Shown: piece after piece, positions 17,950 to 26,876 of the stretch
Position numbering within the stretch: the stretch's first letter is position 1
Layout of the letters: the number at the start of each line of letters is the position of its first letter
Assembly: GCA_045564455.1 (NCBI GenBank)
Contig: JBJLHG010000002.1
Span: forward strand, 231,877-295,876
Reading direction: 5' to 3'
Source of the DNA: Gammaproteobacteria bacterium
Lineage (GTDB): Bacteria > Pseudomonadota > Gammaproteobacteria > Magnimaribacterales > AG-339-G14
DNA: 64,000 bases
Notes under the pieces: generated by a model
Database searches by the model: none
What the model saw: the letters and a program-made list of their open reading frames with translations, nothing else
What the model was told of the DNA's origin: nothing
Program-made: the position numbers and the translations under genes

Positions 17950-18826
17950 AACTATAAATAATAGAAAAGGAATTATATTAGCTGGAGGAGTTGGTTCAAG
18001 GCTTCATCCACTTACACAAGTTATTTCGAAACAATTACTTCCTGTCTTTGACAAACCTATGGTCTATTATCCTCTTTCAACACTTATGCTTGCTGGAATA
18101 AAAGAAATAGCAATAATATCTACACCTAAAGATTTGCCTAAATTTAAGAAATTACTAGGGTCTGGAAAACAGTGGGGCTTAAAATTAAAGTATATAAAAC
18201 AGACAAAACCAAATGGAATTGCTGAAGCCTTCATTCTGTCAAAAGATTTTATTAAAAACGATCCTAGTTGCTTAATATTAGGAGATAACATTTATCATGG
18301 AAACGACTTAACAAAAATTTTAAGAGAAGCAAACGAAGATGAAGATAATTCCACTATTTTTACATATCAAGTTAAGGATCCAGAAAGATTTGGTATTCTG
18401 ACTTTAGATAAAAGTGGTCTGCCTGCAAAGATCCAAGAGAAGCCTAAGTTACCAAAAAGTAATCTTGCCATCACGGGCCTATATTTTTTTCCAAAAAATG
18501 TTTCTTCAAGAGCTAAAAAATTAAAACCATCTAAAAGAGGAGAATTAGAAATCTCTGATCTTAATGCGGGTTATTTAAAAGACAAATTATTAAGAGCTAA
18601 GATATTAAATAGAGGTTTTACTTGGTTAGATACTGGAACGTTTGATAGTTTGCTTGAAGCTTCAAACTTTATTTCTCTCGTTCAAAATAGACAAAGCACA
18701 ATTGTTGCCTGTCCGGAAGAAATTGCATATAAAAATGGGTGGATTAAAAAGTCTGATTTATTAAAATTATCTAAGTCGATGAAAAACTCTTATAGCAGCT
18801 TCCTAACAAAACTTTTGAAAGAATAG
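17942..18826 (+). CDS. rfbA: Glucose-1-phosphate thymidylyltransferase
   Basis: MNKTINNRKGIILAGGVGSRLHPLT and LGDNIYHG. Start taken at ATG 17942, an 8-nt overlap with rfbD. Confidence 0.95.
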   Translation: MNKTINNRKGIILAGGVGSRLHPLTQVISKQLLPVFDKPMVYYPLSTLMLAGIKEIAIISTPKDLPKFKKLLGSGKQWGLKLKYIKQTKPNGIAEAFILSKDFIKNDPSCLILGDNIYHGNDLTKILREANEDEDNSTIFTYQVKDPERFGILTLDKSGLPAKIQEKPKLPKSNLAITGLYFFPKNVSSRAKKLKPSKRGELEISDLNAGYLKDKLLRAKILNRGFTWLDTGTFDSLLEASNFISLVQNRQSTIVACPEEIAYKNGWIKKSDLLKLSKSMKNSYSSFLTKLLKE

Positions 18827-18827
18827 A

Positions 18828-19364
18828 ATGAGAAAAGAATCCCTAAACGAAGTATCAATCTTAAACCCAAAAGTCTTTTCAGATGAAAGAGGAAGTTTTT
18901 CAGAAAATTTTAATCTCCATAGGTTTAGAGAATCAATAGGAGATGATTATTCATTTGTACAAGACAATAAAAGTGTTTCTAAAAAAGGAGTCTTTAGAGG
19001 TCTTCACTATCAACTTAATAATCCTCAAGGAAAGTTAGTGCAAGTTTTCTCTGGGGAGGTTTTTGATGTAATTGTAGATTTAAGAAAAAGCTCAAATACA
19101 TTTGGAGACTGGATGGGAATAACTTTATCTAAAGAAAATGGGAAACAATTATGGGTGCCTCCAGGATTAGCTCATGGATTTTTAGTATTGAGTAATGAAG
19201 CAGAATTTTTCTACAAGGTTACAGACTATTGGAACAAAGATGATGAAAGGTGCTTGAAATGGAATGATCAAGACTTAAATATAGATCTACCTATAAAGCC
19301 AACCTTAATTTCAGAAAACGATCAAAAAGGAAAACTTTTTAAAGATGCTGAATATTTTGCATAA
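18828..19364 (+). CDS. rfbC: dTDP-4-dehydrorhamnose 3,5-epimerase
   Basis: DERGSFSE, RGLHYQ and PPGLAHGF. Confidence 0.95.
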   Translation: MRKESLNEVSILNPKVFSDERGSFSENFNLHRFRESIGDDYSFVQDNKSVSKKGVFRGLHYQLNNPQGKLVQVFSGEVFDVIVDLRKSSNTFGDWMGITLSKENGKQLWVPPGLAHGFLVLSNEAEFFYKVTDYWNKDDERCLKWNDQDLNIDLPIKPTLISENDQKGKLFKDAEYFA

Positions 19365-19433
19365 CTTTTAAGACGTTTAAATTAGTTTTAGAAATTAAAT
19401 TCAAACTGATAATATAATTTCGGAGAAAATTTT

Positions 19434-20357
19434 ATGAATCGAGTTACACAGCACTTAGGAACAAAATATCCAATCGTCCAGGCACCCATGGGTTGGATAG
19501 CAAGAAGTCAGTTAGCTTCAGCAGTATCGAATTCAGGTGGGCTAGGAGTCATAGAAACTTCTTCTGGAGAGGTAGATGCATGCAAAAAAGAAATAAAAAA
19601 AATGTCGGAATTAACTGACAAGCCTTTCGGAGTTAATTTACCAATAATGTTTTTACAAGATGATTCAATTGTAGATTTTGTTGCTGAATGTGGAGTTAAG
19701 TTTGTTACCACATCAGCTGGAAGTCCTGCCAAATACATAGATGTTCTTAAGGGCGCAGGTTTAACTGTTTATCATGCAGTACCAAGTCTTGCTGGAGCTA
19801 TGAAAGCAGCTGAAGCTGGAGTCGATGGATTAGTTGTAGAGGGAACAGAAGGTGGTGGATTCAAAAATCCCGAAGAAGTAGGGCTATTTGTTTTAATTCA
19901 AGCTATAAGGAAAAAAATTGATCTTCCAATAATTGCTGCTGGAGGAATAGCAGATGGCCAAGGAATGGCTGCAGCGTTTGCTGTTGGAGCAGAAGGGATT
20001 CAGATGGGTACAAGATTTGTTTCTAGCAAAGAAAGTCCAGTACATAATAATTGGAAGAATGCTATTTTGGAGGGTACTGAATCTGATACGTATGTATTGA
20101 ATAAAACAGGCTCGCCTTGTTTAAGAGCAATTAAAACTGATTATACAAAAGAGATCTTTGAAAAAGGATCAATGGATATGAGTGTTTTTGGAAGCGTTCA
20201 AGACTTATATTTTGGCGGCGATCTTAATGCTGCGCCAGCTCTAACTGGACAATCAATGGGGCTTATAGATGAGATAAAATCTGTTCAAACTATAATTAAT
20301 GAAACTGTAAAAGACTTTAATTCTACTTGTGAACAACTTCAAAGTTCTAAGATATAA
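19434..20357 (+). CDS. Nitronate monooxygenase / FabK-like FMN oxidoreductase
   Basis: YPIVQAPMGWIA, VVEGTEGGGF, IAAGGIADG and IQMGTRF. Confidence 0.85.
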   Translation: MNRVTQHLGTKYPIVQAPMGWIARSQLASAVSNSGGLGVIETSSGEVDACKKEIKKMSELTDKPFGVNLPIMFLQDDSIVDFVAECGVKFVTTSAGSPAKYIDVLKGAGLTVYHAVPSLAGAMKAAEAGVDGLVVEGTEGGGFKNPEEVGLFVLIQAIRKKIDLPIIAAGGIADGQGMAAAFAVGAEGIQMGTRFVSSKESPVHNNWKNAILEGTESDTYVLNKTGSPCLRAIKTDYTKEIFEKGSMDMSVFGSVQDLYFGGDLNAAPALTGQSMGLIDEIKSVQTIINETVKDFNSTCEQLQSSKI

Positions 20358-20437
20358 TCTTTAAAAAATTTAACTAGCTATTTCAATCCTTTTGAAAAAG
20401 AATTAATCTAATTGATCAAAGTTAAGGAAAGACTAAA

Positions 20438-20902
20438 ATGGATTGGTTCTTACAAAACATAAGCGTAATTATTCAAGCTGCAGCAGCCCTTGGAGCTCTT
20501 GGCACAGTATTTTTCTTGATAAGAGAAATGGCAGAACAAAATAGAGTTTCTAAAGCAAATGTAAGACAAAATGTTGCTGACAGCCATCAAAAGATGGCGT
20601 TAGCTGGAATGACAAAAGATATTGTTCAAATAAAAATTAAACTCAGGAAAGATGAGCCTTTAACAGAAGAAGAAGATGCGATGTATTTATCATATTTTGC
20701 AGTGATGCTTCGATCTAGAGAAAATCAATATTATCAATACACAATTGGCATGCTGGATGAATCAGAGTGGGCATCATTTTTAAAATCATTTAAAACATTA
20801 TTCAAATCACCTCATCACTTAAAGTTATGGTCTTTCATGAGAGAAACCTTTGATTCAGATTTTGTTTTGATAGTTGATGATTTAATAGAAGAGGGGAAAT
20901 GA
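20438..20902 (+). CDS. Hypothetical membrane-anchored protein (one N-terminal TM), coupled to the EAL gene
   Basis: A 154-aa ORF whose stop overlaps the EAL ATG (ATGA). No family recognised. Confidence 0.5.
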   Translation: MDWFLQNISVIIQAAAALGALGTVFFLIREMAEQNRVSKANVRQNVADSHQKMALAGMTKDIVQIKIKLRKDEPLTEEEDAMYLSYFAVMLRSRENQYYQYTIGMLDESEWASFLKSFKTLFKSPHHLKLWSFMRETFDSDFVLIVDDLIEEGK

Positions 20903-22020
20903 GCATAAATCAGAAAAAACAGCTTTATTTAATAGAATCTTTACAGCAACATCCAAGCGCTTTCATTATTTTTGATAAAAACTTAAGCATTCAATGGATG
21001 AATAACTCTTCAAGATATATTTTTGCATGTGAGGACAATTGTGAACCTGATTGCAACGATGACTGTGATGTTGAAATTAAAGGAATTTTCAATATTAAAA
21101 AATCGGAAAAATTAAAAGAGGTAAAAGTTGCTTCGTCTTTTGAATCTAACGTAGACATGAGATTAAGAAAAATTAATTTCTTTCTTAGATGCAGAGTCCA
21201 TGAGGTTCCTATAGCAGATGAATCGACTTTTTTTCTCTTAGAGGTTTTAACAAACAACAAAGAAACTTTAGAGGCTCTTCGAGGGACGATTTCATGCATT
21301 GAGCATGACAGAATAGATTTGGCTTATCAAAAACAAGTAAATTTAAAATCGGGAAAATTAGTGGGTTTAGAAGCTTTGCTAAGAATGAGAGACGAAGATG
21401 GAAATATTATTCCGAATGATAAATTCATACCATTGATAGAAGGAGAAAGCCTATTTTCTTTAGTAGTAATGGCTTCTTTAGAAAAACTAAAAGAAGCATT
21501 TGATTTAAAAAATGAAGTAGATATGTCAGGCGTAACTATTTATTTAAATGTTTCTGCTCATACTGCTATGCAGGAAAACTTTACTAATATTTTTATAGAA
21601 TATGTAAAGGAATTGAATCTACAACCTGGAGAACTTGGTTTAGAGATTACAGAAACAGCCGAGCTAGAAGATGTAAAAAAAGCTGGCGAATCTTTTCAAA
21701 AATTAAAAGATTTTGGTATTCCGTTAGCAATAGATGATTTTGGTGCTGGATATTCCTCTTTGAGTTATTTAAGAGACTTGCCAGTAGATTCTGTGAAGTT
21801 AGATAAAGTTTTTTCTCAAACTATTTCTGAAAAGACGACTTCAGAATTAATTAAATTTGTTGTCAGTGTATGTGATACTTTGTCATTACAAATGCTAGGC
21901 GAAGGAATAGAAACAGAAGATCAAAAACAAAGATTCATAGATATTGGATGTCCTAATGGACAAGGTTATTTAATGCATAGGCCTGAATTTTTAGACGAAT
22001 TAAAAGGTAGTTTAGGATGA
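20899..22020 (+). CDS. EAL-domain c-di-GMP phosphodiesterase with a PAS-like N-domain carrying a CX3CX3CX3C insert
   Basis: VGLEALLRM, YLNVS, LEITE, DDFGAGYSSLSYL, VKLDK, EGIET and QGYLMHRP, so all catalytic EAL signatures are present. Confidence 0.9.
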   Translation: MSINQKKQLYLIESLQQHPSAFIIFDKNLSIQWMNNSSRYIFACEDNCEPDCNDDCDVEIKGIFNIKKSEKLKEVKVASSFESNVDMRLRKINFFLRCRVHEVPIADESTFFLLEVLTNNKETLEALRGTISCIEHDRIDLAYQKQVNLKSGKLVGLEALLRMRDEDGNIIPNDKFIPLIEGESLFSLVVMASLEKLKEAFDLKNEVDMSGVTIYLNVSAHTAMQENFTNIFIEYVKELNLQPGELGLEITETAELEDVKKAGESFQKLKDFGIPLAIDDFGAGYSSLSYLRDLPVDSVKLDKVFSQTISEKTTSELIKFVVSVCDTLSLQMLGEGIETEDQKQRFIDIGCPNGQGYLMHRPEFLDELKGSLG

Positions 22021-23477
22021 GCCAAGAAATAAAAAAGCCATCAAAAGGCGCAGAGCAAATACTTCTTGCTCAAATAAAACAAGAATTTACTGCGCCAGCT
22101 GACGCTATAGAACAATACATTGATTTAATTGCTCAATATGCAGAAGAAAATAAAATTAATTTAAATGATGAGATAACTCAAATTAGATCAGGGCAAGAAA
22201 AGCTTTTGACGCAATATGAAGAAGCATTCAGAGAAAATACTAAAAACGATGCTCAAAGAAATAAAACAGCTCAAGAATATTCTGAACTGAGACATAATTT
22301 AAGAACACCATTAAACGCAATAATTGGGTATAGCGAAATATTAATGGAAGATTTTGAAGACGATTTATCGGAAAGCTGTATAGAGGATCTCAATAATATT
22401 TTATCCCTTTCTCGAGATACAGAAAAAGCTATAGAAAAATTTGTAGACTTTATTAAAGGAGATCTTAAATCCGAACCTTCAGATAATTCAGGAACAAGCA
22501 GCATAAAGAATGCTGAGTCTCTTTTTAAATCTTTAGGAGATCTTGATTATAGTCTTGAGATAGACGACAACTTAAAAGATGCTGATATTTTAATAGTAGA
22601 TGATAACGTTACAAATTGTGAAGTTCTTCAGAGACGACTTGGACAACATGGACTAGATTGCAGAGTTGTATACAACGGGACAGATGCAATAACAGAAGTT
22701 AACCGACAAACTCCTGATTTGATTCTTTTAGATGTAATTCTTCCAGATATCAATGGGTTAGAATTATTGAAAGAATTTAGATTAAATCATAGTGCAGATG
22801 AACTTCCGATAATTATGGTTTCGGCTTTTAATGATGTAGATAGTACAGCTAAATGTATTAAGTTAGGAGCTACAGATTATTTACCAAAGCCTCTTAACGG
22901 GACCATCTTAATGGCTAAAGCTGTGGCTAGTTTAGAGGCTAAATATTTTAGAGAAGCAAATAGAAAGCTTTTAGAAGAGTTGCACATAAGAGCAACTACT
23001 TGTCCTCTTACAGGAATTTACAATAGAAAAGTAGTGTTTGATCACGGGCAAGAATTCTTCGAAAAAGCAAAGAAAGAAACTGAAAAACACTTTTCTTTAT
23101 TATCGATAGATATAGATTTTTTTAAAAAAGTAAATGACACCTACGGCCATCCTGGAGGCGATGTTGTGATAATTGCTTTAGCTAATTTATTAAAAGATAA
23201 AAGCGAGCCAAATATTGTTGGAAGGGTTGGTGGAGAAGAATACATGGCTCTTATCATGGATAATGAATCAGAAACGATAGAAGAATTTTGCTCTTCTCTT
23301 AGAAAAGAAGTAAACAATCTAAAAATACCATTCCAAGATATAGAGATTAATATTAATATTAGCGGAGGCGTAACTCATTCTTCAACCTCGTCAAGTTTTG
23401 AAGATATGATCAATGTTGCCGATGAAAGATTATATAAATCTAAAGAAAATGGAAGAGATCAAATAACTTTTGACTAG
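22017..23477 (+). CDS. DHp(HisKA)-only / receiver / GGDEF fusion protein (response-regulator diguanylate cyclase)
   Basis: H-box LRHNLRTPLNAIIGYSEIL (His93) with no HATPase_c domain. REC domain (ILIVDDN, LILLDVILPD with Asp239, KPL). GGDEF domain with GGEEY at residues 405-409. Confidence 0.9.
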   Translation: MSQEIKKPSKGAEQILLAQIKQEFTAPADAIEQYIDLIAQYAEENKINLNDEITQIRSGQEKLLTQYEEAFRENTKNDAQRNKTAQEYSELRHNLRTPLNAIIGYSEILMEDFEDDLSESCIEDLNNILSLSRDTEKAIEKFVDFIKGDLKSEPSDNSGTSSIKNAESLFKSLGDLDYSLEIDDNLKDADILIVDDNVTNCEVLQRRLGQHGLDCRVVYNGTDAITEVNRQTPDLILLDVILPDINGLELLKEFRLNHSADELPIIMVSAFNDVDSTAKCIKLGATDYLPKPLNGTILMAKAVASLEAKYFREANRKLLEELHIRATTCPLTGIYNRKVVFDHGQEFFEKAKKETEKHFSLLSIDIDFFKKVNDTYGHPGGDVVIIALANLLKDKSEPNIVGRVGGEEYMALIMDNESETIEEFCSSLRKEVNNLKIPFQDIEININISGGVTHSSTSSSFEDMINVADERLYKSKENGRDQITFD

Positions 23478-23490
23478 ATAGGGAAATAAT

Positions 23491-23850
23491 ATGAAAAAAA
23501 TTTTATATGTTGAAGATAATGAAATGAATAGGGATATGCTGGGAAGAAGATTAACTAGAAGAGAGTATGAGGTTATCTTCGCTTTCGATGGTCAGGAAGG
23601 CCTAGATAAAATGAAATCAGAAAATCCTGATTTAGTTTTAATGGATATGGGGTTGCCAGTCTTGGATGGATGGGATGCTACTTCCAAAGCTAAAGAGGAT
23701 CCTGAGATTTCTTCAATTCCAATAATTGCTTTAACTGCTCATGCTATGGAACATGATAGACAAAAAGCTTTAGATTGTGGAGCGGATGATTTTGATACTA
23801 AGCCGGTAGATTTCAAAAGGCTTTTAGAAAAAATAGAAGCTAAGATTTAA
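23491..23850 (+). CDS. Single-domain response regulator (CheY/DivK-like receiver)
   Basis: ILYVEDNEMNRD, LVLMDMGLPVLDG, ALTAHA and TKP. Confidence 0.9.
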   Translation: MKKILYVEDNEMNRDMLGRRLTRREYEVIFAFDGQEGLDKMKSENPDLVLMDMGLPVLDGWDATSKAKEDPEISSIPIIALTAHAMEHDRQKALDCGADDFDTKPVDFKRLLEKIEAKI

Positions 23851-23851
23851 G

Positions 23852-26848
23852 TTAGTTATCTTTAAGTATTTTTGCAACTAGCCCTGGCAATTGATTTATT
23901 GAAACTTCGTCTTTTTTAATCAAGCCTTCTACATTTTTATTAAGTAATTCAGCTTGAACATCAGTTAAATCTTTTCCTGAATAAACTAGAACATTAGGTC
24001 GATCTTCTTCAGGCTTTAAAGAAATTAAATTTTCAAGAAATTCAAAACCGTCCATTCTAGGCATTTCTAAATCTAAAACAATAAGAGATGGATTTTTATC
24101 AAGCTTAGTTAAACCATCTTTACCATCTTTAGCTAAAATAGGATCATATCCTGCATCAATTAAAGATCTTTTTAAGATGTCTCTAGTATTCGCATCATCA
24201 TCAACTATGAGAATAGTTTTATTTTTATCATCGATACCTATTAAACCAGATACAGTTTCAAGAAACTTAGCTCTATCAATTGGTTTGGTTAAATAATCAT
24301 CAGCTCCTAATGAAGAAGCTAGTTTTTCTTGAGACATTTGGCTAACCATAACAACAGGAATATCTTTTATTTCCTCGTCAGATTTACATTCTCTTAAAAT
24401 AGACCAGCCATCTCTGCCCGGCATTAAAACATCCAATAAAATGAGCTTAGGATTAAGTTCTCTTATCATTTTTAATCCCTGCTCTCCATCAGTCGCGCCA
24501 ATTAATCTCATCCCAGCCTTAACGACAGTTCTTCTGATTAAATCATGCATAGCGACATCGTCATCAATAAGGATGCAGATATTTTCTTCATTAACATTTT
24601 CAGAAATCCCATCCTCTAACTCTTTTTGATCAGATGAAACTCTCGGAACGCAGATATTAAAAACAGAGCCTTTGCCTTTTTCACTAGAGACGTTTACCTC
24701 ACCACCCATAAGTTCCGCAAACCTTTTGCTGATTGGTAAACCTAAGCCAGTTCCGCCATGAGTAGCTGAAGTTGATCTTTCAGCTTGCGTATACTCTTCA
24801 AAAACTTTTGCCACTCCTTCTGCACTCATTCCTTCGCCATCATCAGTTACTTTAAACTCAATCATTTCAATTTCATCTTTTGTTATAGAACTTACATCTA
24901 ATGTAACTAAGCCATTTTTAGTAAATTTAAATGCATTACTTAAAAAGTTAGTTACACATTGCCTTAATTTTGTTTCATCTTGAGTCATTGAGCCAATGGC
25001 ATCTTGTATATTAATTACAAAGCCATTGTCATTTTTTGAAGCAAGAGGAGCATTCACATCTTTCAAAGTTTCTACTAACTTTTCAATTTCAAAGCTAGTT
25101 AGATAAAGCTCCATTTTCCCTGCTTCAATTTTAGAAAGATCTAACACATTATTAATCAAAGATAATAGATGAGTTCCTGCTGAGGTAATTTTTTGTAAAT
25201 CCGGCATTAGATCTTCGTAACCTAAATCTTCACATTCTTCGTAAAGCATTTCTCCATAACCTAAAATAGCATTTAAAGGTGTTCTCAATTCATGACTCAT
25301 ATTTGCAAAGAATTTACTTTTTTGCGCATTAGCTTCTTGAGCTTCATCCCTAGATTCTTCCATTTCTTTTGTTCTAGAATCTATCAAAACTTGAACTTCA
25401 TCTGCCATTCTTGAAAAAGCTAAAGTCATTAATTCAACTGATGCATCTTCACTAGAAGCTTCATCACTGCTATCGGCAAGATCTTGCATTTTTTTTATGT
25501 CATTTAAGATAAGAGTTCTTGAGTCTCCTTCAAGTTCATCAGCCAGGATAGACATTTTTTCTATTATTGCTTCATCTCTTTCTTTTCTTCTTCGTGCTTG
25601 TTCTTCTCTTATATTTTCCATTTCTGTTAAATGGCCTCTATAAATTTCTAAGGCTTTTGCTAGCTGACCCACTTCATCATTATCTGATTTCAAAATCCCC
25701 TTTCTGTCTGGCATAGTTTTTGATAAATCTCCTCCAGTTAGTGCTTCTAATACCTCTATTGCTTTATTTATTGAGCCAAAAGTATTAGCTGAAATTAAAG
25801 AAGTAATTAAAATTACCAAAAAAATTACTACAAAAATTAAAAAGAAAATTAGATTCAATATGTTGTTTTCTTGAGAGATACTTTCTCGTTCGTCTTTGAA
25901 AATAAAGAATTGAGCTTTTTCTGCTGAAAGATAAGAACTCAAAGGAAGAAGGGTCATGGAAGAACCCAATTCACTATCTCTGATATTAGTTCTATTTCCA
26001 TAAATAGATAAATATTCCTCTGCTTTTTTAACAAAAAGACTTAGATCGCTCTCGTCATTGAAAGACGCTTCATCTTCATTATTTAAATCTAATGCGTATC
26101 TTGCATAATCGTCTCCTAAAGAAATTATTCCCTCTGGAGTTCTTACTGCCGAAATTAGCTCAAACTCATCTCCAAATGTTTCTAAAGATTTTCTAATATC
26201 TATTCCCATAACAACAATAGCTTCAGCATCTCTACCGAAAGCTTTTACAGGAAAAGCCATTGTCTGATTTAAGGTCGATATTTCTTTCTCAGATGAATCA
26301 GAAATAGCAGAAAGAGTTCTTCTTGGTCTTTCGCTTGCATCATTCAAGTAATTTTGAAGATTCTCTGTAAAGTCAGGGTTTGCTTTTGGATTGCACGGAT
26401 CAATACCAGATAAATCCAAAGCACTTCCGCAGTAAAATCTATCTCCATTCGGGTAATAAGCCATAACATAACTTAAATTTCCTTCGTCAAGATCAAACTC
26501 AAACATGAGGTCTAACAAATAACTTGCTTCCCCTGAGTTTTTCTTAGTAATGAACTCAATTAATGGATTGCTATAATCATGATCAGGAGAGGAAAGCTCC
26601 TCTTCTGGATAAATTTCATTTTCTGGATCCCAAAAAGTTCCTCTTTCTCCAGAAGGAAGCCAACTGGAAATAGGATCAAAAGATGTCTCAAGAGTTTGAA
26701 ACCATGCAGCCTCATACGTTGTAACTAAAGATTCAGATGAAAATTCCCTTTGAGTATCTTCTCTCCATGAGTAAAGACCATAAAGGATAGACGCTAGAAG
26801 GATATTTCCTGCTAGTCCGATTAAAATCAGAGTAGTTCGAATACGCAT
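23852..26848 (-). CDS. Hybrid sensor histidine kinase: TM, ~300-aa periplasmic domain, TM, HAMP, HisKA, HATPase_c, REC, REC
   Basis: H-box SHELRTPLNAILGYGEML (His519), GGTGLGLPISKRF G2 box, and two receivers (ILIDDDV...LLDVLMPGRDG; ILIVDDD...VLDLEMPRMDG). Confidence 0.95.
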   Translation of the reverse strand: MRIRTTLILIGLAGNILLASILYGLYSWREDTQREFSSESLVTTYEAAWFQTLETSFDPISSWLPSGERGTFWDPENEIYPEEELSSPDHDYSNPLIEFITKKNSGEASYLLDLMFEFDLDEGNLSYVMAYYPNGDRFYCGSALDLSGIDPCNPKANPDFTENLQNYLNDASERPRRTLSAISDSSEKEISTLNQTMAFPVKAFGRDAEAIVVMGIDIRKSLETFGDEFELISAVRTPEGIISLGDDYARYALDLNNEDEASFNDESDLSLFVKKAEEYLSIYGNRTNIRDSELGSSMTLLPLSSYLSAEKAQFFIFKDERESISQENNILNLIFFLIFVVIFLVILITSLISANTFGSINKAIEVLEALTGGDLSKTMPDRKGILKSDNDEVGQLAKALEIYRGHLTEMENIREEQARRRKERDEAIIEKMSILADELEGDSRTLILNDIKKMQDLADSSDEASSEDASVELMTLAFSRMADEVQVLIDSRTKEMEESRDEAQEANAQKSKFFANMSHELRTPLNAILGYGEMLYEECEDLGYEDLMPDLQKITSAGTHLLSLINNVLDLSKIEAGKMELYLTSFEIEKLVETLKDVNAPLASKNDNGFVINIQDAIGSMTQDETKLRQCVTNFLSNAFKFTKNGLVTLDVSSITKDEIEMIEFKVTDDGEGMSAEGVAKVFEEYTQAERSTSATHGGTGLGLPISKRFAELMGGEVNVSSEKGKGSVFNICVPRVSSDQKELEDGISENVNEENICILIDDDVAMHDLIRRTVVKAGMRLIGATDGEQGLKMIRELNPKLILLDVLMPGRDGWSILRECKSDEEIKDIPVVMVSQMSQEKLASSLGADDYLTKPIDRAKFLETVSGLIGIDDKNKTILIVDDDANTRDILKRSLIDAGYDPILAKDGKDGLTKLDKNPSLIVLDLEMPRMDGFEFLENLISLKPEEDRPNVLVYSGKDLTDVQAELLNKNVEGLIKKDEVSINQLPGLVAKILKDN

Positions 26849-26876
26849 CTAGCGTCCTGTATTAGTAAAAAAAGAT

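Noticed and set aside
15168-19364. Whether the dTDP-rhamnose genes serve EarP-type rhamnosylation of EF-P (efp is at 48676-49242).
   Set aside because: The EF-P loop reads KPGKGQA, with Lys rather than the Arg required for EarP rhamnosylation. No earP-like gene is in the window. The adjacent GT2 resembles WbbL-type envelope rhamnosyltransferases.
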